Position numbers and translations under genes: made by a program
The notes under the pieces: generated by a model
The model's database searches: none
The model's input: only the letters and a program-made list of their open reading frames with translations
Told to the model about the DNA's origin: nothing
DNA from: Thermoplasmata archaeon
GTDB lineage: Archaea; Thermoplasmatota; Thermoplasmata; Lutacidiplasmatales; UBA184
Length of the DNA stretch: 64,000 nucleotides
Reading direction: 5' to 3'
NCBI GenBank assembly: GCA_021802125.1
Contig: JAKAAX010000003.1
Span: 81,788 to 145,787 of the forward strand
In this document: piece after piece, positions 57,741-64,000 of the stretch
Layout: the number at the start of each line of letters is the position of its first letter
How positions within the stretch are numbered: position 1 is the first letter of the stretch

Positions 57741-58205
57741 TTGGATTCCCGAGTAATCCGCTGCCTTCACCAGTTGCTCCTTTCGGTGCTTCCGCTGACT
57801 GCGCTTGGAGTCGCTCTCGTAGGAGTTCTGATCTGGCGTCAACATCAATGGGGTCTCGGTGCGCTCGTATTCCTGGTCGCTGGCTATGGTGCACTAACTG
57901 GGGCTCAGATTCCCGGCCACTGGGTGTGGTCGCCGATCGACATTCGCTTCGATCAACGGAGACTGGTCGTCCATGTCTGCGGCCTGGCGGCCAAGCAGTT
58001 GGGCGCAACTACGCTCACGATCCCTTACTCCCGCATCGAGTCAGTCTGCGTCCTCTCTGCTCAGAGCGTCGAGCTCCGAAATGAGACCGGCAGGTGTAGG
58101 TTCTATCTTACCCTCGGCGAAGCACGTCGTCTGAAGCGGGATTGGGTCGAGTGGAAAGCGGGCCGATCCTCCACCATCGATTCTCTACCGGTCCCGCGCC
58201 CCTGA
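57741..58205 (+). CDS. Hypothetical two-TM membrane protein in a lower-GC islet
   Basis: TTG start preceded by GGAG. The upstream part of the 57603 ORF overlaps tRNA-Trp and was rejected. Two hydrophobic helices, then a soluble domain. Confidence 0.45.
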   Translation: MDSRVIRCLHQLLLSVLPLTALGVALVGVLIWRQHQWGLGALVFLVAGYGALTGAQIPGHWVWSPIDIRFDQRRLVVHVCGLAAKQLGATTLTIPYSRIESVCVLSAQSVELRNETGRCRFYLTLGEARRLKRDWVEWKAGRSSTIDSLPVPRP

Positions 58206-58409
58206 TTTCCCCAGTCCGATTATCAAGAGGCTCACCAACGGCGGGGAACTGGACGGGTCGGTCTCCAGTTCTCTGACCAGCTACCTCAGGGCGGGCCCGT
58301 GGGACCTCCTGCCTCCAGGTGGGCCTGAGGGCGCTTCTCGACAGGTAGATATCCTCCGCCATCACAGGCGGGAGAGCCGCCGGAGACCCAGGGACTCACT
58401 CCACGACTG

Positions 58410-59897
58410 GTGGCTACCCCTGCGGTGCTTCGTGGGGGTGACCCCTTGACGTTCCTAGACCTCTCCGGGCCCACGCTGATCGTCGCCCTCCTTGGGGCGA
58501 CCTTGCTGGTCGGGTTCGGGGCGGATTGGCTCGCGGTCCGCTTCCGCGTACCGGACGCTCTGTGGCTCATCGCCCTGGGTCTCCTCGCGGGACCGACCTT
58601 GGGGCTGATCTCCCCCTCGTCCCTGCTCCTGGTCGCGCCGATCCTCGGGACCACCGCCCTCCTGCTGATCCTCTTCGATGCCGGCATCGACCTGCGCATC
58701 TCGCTCATCCGGCCTCTCGCGGGCTCGGCCCTGCTTTTCGCGATCGCGAGCTACGCGATCGGGGCGGTCGCACTCTTCGGGATCAGCGACCTCCTGCTCT
58801 TCCCGGGCCGTCCGACGCTGTCGCTGATCCTTGCGACCTCGTTGGGATGCGTCTCGGGAGCGGTCATCATCCCCCTGTCGCACCGCCTGGGTCTGACCCG
58901 AGGGCTGGGCAGCTTCCTGCAGCTGGATGGCGCGGTGGAGGACGCTCTCGCCATCATCGCGGTCACGACCATCCTCCTCTGGGTCACCCCCTCGTCCCCC
59001 GATCTCGCGCTCCGGCTGACGCTCTCCCTCGTGCTCCCGCTTCCGGTGGGGATCCTCACGGGGATCGCCGCCGGGCTGGGCTGGCTGCTGTTCCTCTACG
59101 AGTGGCAGACGCGGCGCTTCGCCGCCTTGGCCACGCTCGGTTTCGTGTTCCTCGTCTACGCCGCGACCGAGGCGCTGGGAGGCTCGGGCATCCTCGCCGC
59201 GATCGTCTTCGGAGGGGTCCTCGGGAACGAGCCCATCGTGCGTCGGCTCCTTCGCCGGACTCGGCCGTTCAAGATCTCGAAGGACCTTCGAAGGATCGAG
59301 CAGGAGATGGGCTTCGTTCTCCGGGCCTTCTTCCTGTTCCTGATCGGCATGCTGGTCGTCCCCCTTCTTCCCAGCCTCACGGAGGGCCTCATCCTCATCG
59401 CCGTGCCGATCGTCCTCTATGCCCTCCGACGTGCGATCTTCCTGGGAGTGAGCCATCCCAAGAAAGCCCCACGCGGCTGGGTCAATCCCGCCTCCAGTCT
59501 CCTGGGCAGAGGATTGACCTCGGCGGTCCTCCTCATCCTGGCATTCCAGACCCTTCCGAGGACCTCGGTCCTGCTCTTTCCAGCGCTGATGGTGATCATC
59601 GGGACCAACGTCGTCATGACCGTGGGGCTCGTCATGGGAATGCCCTCGGTCCCGCGGGAGACCGATGCGGAGCGCAGTTGGGCGTTGGCCCGTGCAGACC
59701 TGCTGTCGCTGGAGGAAGAGGGGGATTCCACGAACGGGGGGGACACTCCGTCCGCGAGCTCCCCAGCCTCGGCGGGCGAACGACTCCCCTCGGGCGGCGC
59801 ACCGCCAGCGAAGGAGAGCCCCGCCCCCATTTCCGGAGATCAGGACCCCAAGCCCGAGCGCTCCTCTCAGAAGGATCGCCCCAAGCGGCAGCGGTGA
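58410..59897 (+). CDS. Cation:proton (Na+/H+) antiporter, CPA family
   Basis: About 11-12 TM helices, motif LLLILFDAGIDL, and a hydrophilic S/P-rich C-terminal tail. Confidence 0.8.
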   Translation: MATPAVLRGGDPLTFLDLSGPTLIVALLGATLLVGFGADWLAVRFRVPDALWLIALGLLAGPTLGLISPSSLLLVAPILGTTALLLILFDAGIDLRISLIRPLAGSALLFAIASYAIGAVALFGISDLLLFPGRPTLSLILATSLGCVSGAVIIPLSHRLGLTRGLGSFLQLDGAVEDALAIIAVTTILLWVTPSSPDLALRLTLSLVLPLPVGILTGIAAGLGWLLFLYEWQTRRFAALATLGFVFLVYAATEALGGSGILAAIVFGGVLGNEPIVRRLLRRTRPFKISKDLRRIEQEMGFVLRAFFLFLIGMLVVPLLPSLTEGLILIAVPIVLYALRRAIFLGVSHPKKAPRGWVNPASSLLGRGLTSAVLLILAFQTLPRTSVLLFPALMVIIGTNVVMTVGLVMGMPSVPRETDAERSWALARADLLSLEEEGDSTNGGDTPSASSPASAGERLPSGGAPPAKESPAPISGDQDPKPERSSQKDRPKRQR

Positions 59898-59992
59898 GGT
59901 CGGCCCCGCACTCTAGAGCTCGAGGGCGTTCGTCGCCCGCAGGCTTGCCGGCGAAGAGCCGCGATCGTGGGGACGCAGAGGGGCCCGCTCCG

Positions 59993-60226
59993 TCAGAGAA
60001 CGAGGTAGAGCACCGCGTCTCCGCGAATGACCCGGGTCTGGGCTCGAGGGTGCGCGGACGCGGAGCCGGCTCCGCTCGGCTTACCCTCGGCCGGGCTCGA
60101 GAGGATGAGGTTGAAGTGAGGGTCGACGTCCACCAGGGTCCCCCGGAACTCGTCGCCCCGGACGGTCTCCACGCGTACTTCGCGCCCGAGGTGTTCGCGC
60201 AGGGCTCGAAGCAGGTCGCTCGGCAC
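59993..60226 (-). CDS. Sm-like (LSm) archaeal protein
   Basis: Sm1 segment VRVETVRGDEFRGTLVDVDPHFNLIL and Sm2 segment RVIRGDAVLYLVL, with an inserted G/S/A-rich loop. GTG start. Confidence 0.7.
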   Translation of the reverse strand: MPSDLLRALREHLGREVRVETVRGDEFRGTLVDVDPHFNLILSSPAEGKPSGAGSASAHPRAQTRVIRGDAVLYLVL

Positions 60227-60483
60227 GAGGTGGGACGTACGCTTACATGTCTAAACCTTTCTCATCGCCCTCTGGGGCCTATCGGGAGGGCCCTGGACAC
60301 GGGGTCGCCCCGCTCGACGATGCGAGCCCTCTTTCAGAGGAGTGTCGGGGAAGTGTCTCGCTCCGCCCTCCATGCGCCGTGCTCGCCGAAGTGGGCACGG
60401 GAGCGATGTCCCCCAGGGATGGATCGAAGCTTCCGTGATCTCCTCGCGCCCCTGGAGGGGACGGCTCTTGCTCCGAATGCTTC

Positions 60484-61221
60484 ATGCCCCAGCCCCTCTC
60501 TCTCCCCTCCGTGTCAGCAGAGGAGTCCCATCCAAAGATCCTGATCGTGGACGATGATCCCGACATTCTCCAGCTGCTCGGGGAGACACTTCGGAACGCC
60601 ACCGACTTCCCGAACGAGCTGGTCCTGGAAACCGACCCGAAGTCCGCCCTGGAGCGTCTCGAGCGAAACCCCGCCGACCTGGTCATCTCCGACTACAAGA
60701 TGCCCGGGATGGACGGTGTCGACCTCCTCCTTCAGGTCAAGGCCCACCACCCGCACACGCTCCGCATGCTCATGACCGCCCACTCGACCCAGCAGGCCGC
60801 CCTGGCCGCGGTGCTGACGGCCGAGGTCCACAGCTACATCGAGAAGCCGTTCCAACCCGGGGAGGTCCTCCGCACGATCCGCGACGCCTTCACGCGTCGG
60901 GGCGGCTCGACCCAGGGGCTCGGAGGCTTTGTTGACCCCGCCGACCGGGCGCTCGAGCTCGTCGGAGATCTTCGTCGGCGGATGCAGGACGCTCCACCGG
61001 AGGCGTCCGAGCTCGACCTCACGCTGGCGTTCCCTTCCACCTCGGACTTCAACCACTTCGCCGCCCGGGCGTTCGAGCTCCACCAGGGCGAGGTCAAGGA
61101 CATCCACTGGGAAGAGGGGAAGTTTGTGGTCACGGTCTCCTGCCGGCCCGAGGCCGCTCCCACCGTGGTCCACGACGCGGGCGAGGTCCCACGCGCGGGG
61201 CACCGGCGCGCGCGCGGTTGA
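60484..61221 (+). CDS. Response regulator: CheY-like receiver plus uncharacterised C-terminal domain
   Basis: KILIVDDDPD..., phospho-acceptor context LVISDYKMPGMDG, and YIEKPF. No recognisable output domain and no adjacent kinase. Confidence 0.8.
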   Translation: MPQPLSLPSVSAEESHPKILIVDDDPDILQLLGETLRNATDFPNELVLETDPKSALERLERNPADLVISDYKMPGMDGVDLLLQVKAHHPHTLRMLMTAHSTQQAALAAVLTAEVHSYIEKPFQPGEVLRTIRDAFTRRGGSTQGLGGFVDPADRALELVGDLRRRMQDAPPEASELDLTLAFPSTSDFNHFAARAFELHQGEVKDIHWEEGKFVVTVSCRPEAAPTVVHDAGEVPRAGHRRARG

Positions 61222-61411
61222 CGGACATCGGAGGGCCCACCCGATACTGGCGACGAGGGGCGATGCGGGAACCCGTCCCCCTTGGACGCGTTTCCGCCAC
61301 CCCGAAGTCGGCGGGCAGCTCGCCTCGGACGGAGATGCCTGAGGGCGGACGGGCCCTCCGTTTCACCACCTCCGGGGGGTTCAAACGCGTCCCCGGCCTC
61401 GGAGGAAGGCC

Positions 61412-61585
61412 ATGATGTGCGAGAAGTGCATGGGCAAGGGCAGGGTCCCCTGCCCGCCTTGCGCCGGGAAGGGCCGTTCCCCCCGGAGCCAGGGCCCGTG
61501 CCCGCCGTGCGCGGGCACCGGCTTCGTCGATTGCGTGGACTGCTGGGGGATGGGGATCCTCGACTGCAGCGACGGCGGCTGCTGA
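61412..61585 (+). CDS. 57-aa Cys-rich protein with repeated CxxCxGxG (DnaJ zinc-finger-like) motifs; absent from the ORF track
   Basis: My own translation is MMCEKCMGKGRVPCPPCAGKGRSPRSQGPCPPCAGTGFVDCVDCWGMGILDCSDGGC*. Confidence 0.5.
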   Translation: MMCEKCMGKGRVPCPPCAGKGRSPRSQGPCPPCAGTGFVDCVDCWGMGILDCSDGGC

Positions 61586-61607
61586 GGGCCCCCCCGGGCC
61601 GGTCCGC

Positions 61608-62216
61608 CTACCTCTTGACCGCCCCCGGCGCCGGCTCGAACCAGACGTCGGTGATGAGGTACTTCGGCTCGGCGGCGAACTTCGCCACCAGCGGCATGCC
61701 CACGTAGATGTCCTGCTCCGTGCAGCCCTTCAGCCGGGAGAGGAGCACGCTGTTCGCGCCCTCGAACTCCACGATGACCAGGTTGTACGGGGTCTCCTTG
61801 AGGAAGGCCTCGCTCCCGTAGTGGCAGGTGGTCCACGAGTGGACCTTCCCCACGAGCGGCAGGTCGACCCACTTCGCCTCCTCTCCGCAGAACTGGCAGT
61901 ACGTCCGCGGGGTCGCGTAGGTGTACTTGCAGCCCTCGCACCGCGTCCCCCTCAGACGGCCCTCGGCGAGCCCGAGGAAGAACGGCGAGTCCTGCGCGTA
62001 GCTGTGGATGTAGTTCACGTGGTAGGGGTAGTCGATGTAGAGGTTCTGGGTCCCCTTCTTGTCCACGAAGATCGCGGCGCCGTCCTTTCCCAGCGCCTCC
62101 TGGACCTCGGTGAACTTCGACGTGCGCTTCAGTTCCTTCTTCCCGCCCATCTTGCCCTTCCCTCCTTCGTTGTTCTTGGTGCCCGACGCGCCCTTGGCCG
62201 ACCCCGGCGTGCTCAT
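61608..62216 (-). CDS. Zn-ribbon/OB-fold (DUF35) protein, thiolase partner
   Basis: Rubredoxin-like CEGCKYTY...CQFCG followed by an OB fold. K/G-rich N-terminal extension. ATGA overlap with the thiolase gene. Confidence 0.8.
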   Translation of the reverse strand: MSTPGSAKGASGTKNNEGGKGKMGGKKELKRTSKFTEVQEALGKDGAAIFVDKKGTQNLYIDYPYHVNYIHSYAQDSPFFLGLAEGRLRGTRCEGCKYTYATPRTYCQFCGEEAKWVDLPLVGKVHSWTTCHYGSEAFLKETPYNLVIVEFEGANSVLLSRLKGCTEQDIYVGMPLVAKFAAEPKYLITDVWFEPAPGAVKR

Positions 62217-63652
62217 GGCCGGACCCTCTCAAGGATGCTGACGGTGACGGAGGAACCGGTGCCCGCGTGGCTGTGGATGGCCCCGCGCTTGGCGTTCGGG
62301 ATCTGCAGCTTCTCGGAGCCGAAGTTCTTCCCGATGGTGTGCTGGAGCTGCCAGTAGGCGATGACCGCCTGCATGAGCCCCGTCGCCCCGACCGGGTGGC
62401 CGCAGGCGATGAGCCCGCCCGAGGGGTTCACCGGAGTGGTGCCCGCCTTGGGGACGGGGAAGCCGTAGTCGACCCCCTTGAGGAATGGGTCCCCCCGCTC
62501 GACGAAGGAGTACCCCTCGCCGTACCGGCAGAGTCCCATGTCCTCGTACGTTTGGATCTCGCTGGACGCGTAGGCGTCGTGGAGCTCGACGAAGCTGAGC
62601 TCCTTGTTCGGGTTCTCGATCCCCGCGTGGCGGTACGCCTCGATCGAGGCGGCGCGTCCCGCACGGAAGGAGTGGACCCCCGGATACTGCAGGTCGGCGT
62701 AGTCCGAGGCCTTCTCGTGGGGCATCAGCAGGACCTTGCCGAACGGGCGGTCGGCGAGACGCATCGTGTCGGTCCCGCACCCCACGCCCTTCACGAGGAT
62801 CGGGTTGTCGGTGAGCTCCTTGGCCTTCTCCTCGGTGCAGAGGATCGTGGCGGCGGCTCCGTCCGACATCGTGCAGATGTCCTCGCGCGTGATGGGATAG
62901 CTCACCATCTCGCTGTTGAGCACGGCGTCCAGGGTGAGGTTCTTCGGATACTGGGCGTACGGGTTGTTGAGCGCGTTGCGGTGGTTCTTGACCGAGACCA
63001 TCGCCATGACGCGGCTCGCGTACTCGGTGGCCTTCCTCTGGGCCTCCCGCTCGTCCTTGATGTTCGCGAACTTCGTCTTCCGGACGTATTCGTAGATGTG
63101 GCGCGTGACCATCAGCGCGTAGTAGCCGGTGTAGAACCCTCCCAGAGGGAAGTCGTAGTTCACGTCCGAGGCGAGGGCGATGAACTCGTTCCCTTTCCAG
63201 GTCTGGACGCGGCTCATGGTCTCGTAGCCGACCGCGAGACAGGTGTCCATCCGACCGGAGGCGACAGCCTCCCAGGCCGCCTGGAAGCACTCTCCCCCCG
63301 TCGCGCCTCCCCACTCGATGCGAACGGAGCCGCGAGGGTTCAGGCCCAGGAAGTCCTGGACCATGCTCGCCGCCTTGAGCTGGCGGCTGAAGTGGTCCGA
63401 GAAGTAGGAGATCCGGGTCCCATCGATGTCGTCCATCCGGAGGTTCGGGACCTCCGAGCGGGCCTTGTCGAAGGCCTTCTTGCACATCAGGCGGAAGTCC
63501 ATGTCGGGGTGGGCCTTCGCGAACTTCGTCACTCCGCCGGCCACCATGTAGACCCGTCGCCCGGACCGCTTGGTGGACGAGGGGGTCGGTGTGCCGGAGA
63601 AGACGTCGCGTTCTCTGCTCTTGGCGCCGGCCTTAGAACTGCCTTGGGCCAT
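62213..63652 (-). CDS. Thiolase-fold protein (SCP-x / acetyl-CoA acetyltransferase-like)
   Basis: GGVTKFAK..., GGATGGECF, and C-terminal GGLIACGHPVGATG...HSHAGTG. Confidence 0.82.
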   Translation of the reverse strand: MAQGSSKAGAKSRERDVFSGTPTPSSTKRSGRRVYMVAGGVTKFAKAHPDMDFRLMCKKAFDKARSEVPNLRMDDIDGTRISYFSDHFSRQLKAASMVQDFLGLNPRGSVRIEWGGATGGECFQAAWEAVASGRMDTCLAVGYETMSRVQTWKGNEFIALASDVNYDFPLGGFYTGYYALMVTRHIYEYVRKTKFANIKDEREAQRKATEYASRVMAMVSVKNHRNALNNPYAQYPKNLTLDAVLNSEMVSYPITREDICTMSDGAAATILCTEEKAKELTDNPILVKGVGCGTDTMRLADRPFGKVLLMPHEKASDYADLQYPGVHSFRAGRAASIEAYRHAGIENPNKELSFVELHDAYASSEIQTYEDMGLCRYGEGYSFVERGDPFLKGVDYGFPVPKAGTTPVNPSGGLIACGHPVGATGLMQAVIAYWQLQHTIGKNFGSEKLQIPNAKRGAIHSHAGTGSSVTVSILERVRP

Positions 63653-63681
63653 GCTTCAACACCTGTGCCGGCGGCACAAGC

Positions 63682-64000
63682 CTAGGCGCTCTTAGCCTTT
63701 CTACGTCCCGCGTGGGCCGGAGGCGCGCTCGTCTCCTCGGAGAGGTCGGTGGAGCTCCCTCCTCCCTTCCCCGGGAGGCTGATGAAGAACCGTCGGTACG
63801 CCCGCCAGCACCTCTCGAGCGAGATCAGGTCCACCCACTCGTCGTCCCCGTGAGCGCCCTCTCCGGAGGGGCCGAGCACGATCGTCGGGAACTGGGAGCC
63901 GAACACGTTGAAGTCGCCCACCGCTTCCTCGTGGAAGACCTCCACCCGCTTCCCCTCGCGATGCGTCGCAGAAAGGAAGAGCCGCGTCCAGACCTCCTTC
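63682..64000 (-). CDS. M20-family metallopeptidase/deacylase (ArgE/DapE-like), C-terminal part; 5' end beyond window
   Basis: Frame is open to the window edge. C-terminal signature GPSGEGAHGDDEWVDLISLE. Confidence 0.6.
   Translation of the reverse strand, partial: KEVWTRLFLSATHREGKRVEVFHEEAVGDFNVFGSQFPTIVLGPSGEGAHGDDEWVDLISLERCWRAYRRFFISLPGKGGGSSTDLSEETSAPPAHAGRRKAKSA

Overview
Very GC-rich archaeal chromosomal segment made up mostly of housekeeping genes. The archaeal origin is clear from several features: the RNA polymerase cluster rpoH-rpoB(unsplit)-rpoA1-rpoA2-rpl30e-nusA, TFB, archaeal-type AlaRS, split purS/purL, GMP synthase subunit B, an Sm-like protein, and the archaeal riboflavin/FAD genes ribB-ribL-ribC-ribH. 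The window also has a stand-alone 16S rRNA gene with no linked 23S or 5S, and three tRNAs: Phe, an intron-containing Trp and a two-intron Lys. Other content is bacterial-type uvrA/uvrC, topA, an SDH/fumarate-reductase module with an HdrB-like CCG subunit, methylmalonyl-CoA mutase, sulfate adenylyltransferase, and two giant membrane-anchored PKD-repeat surface proteins (one an S53 sedolisin, one a YVTN beta-propeller protein). Unsplit rpoB plus an unlinked 16S points to a Thermoplasmatota-like lineage, but this is inference only. I found no CRISPR array, transposase, integrase or recognisable defence or toxin module, so I cannot name a clear new multi-gene system. The best sequence-supported oddities are listed here. 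(1) tRNA-Lys(UUU) is interrupted by two non-canonical introns (D-loop and T-loop), the second folding into a textbook bulge-helix-bulge. (2) tRNA-Trp has a 109-nt intron carrying a K-turn (C'/D'-like) and a 10-nt antisense element to its own anticodon loop. (3) C-rich, G-poor tracts recur on the transcribed strand at the 3' ends of several genes and tRNAs. (4) The sat gene is tightly followed by a possibly degenerate MCM/AAA+-like protein with a winged-helix tail. (5) A triple TACCA/TGGTA palindrome abuts the TATA box of the riboflavin operon. (6) rpoB carries a Cys4 insertion. (7) There is a tandem pair of Pro/Gly-rich two-TM paralogs. (8) A lower-GC islet lies next to tRNA-Trp. Many long ORFs in the supplied track are off-frame artefacts of the high GC content and were discarded.
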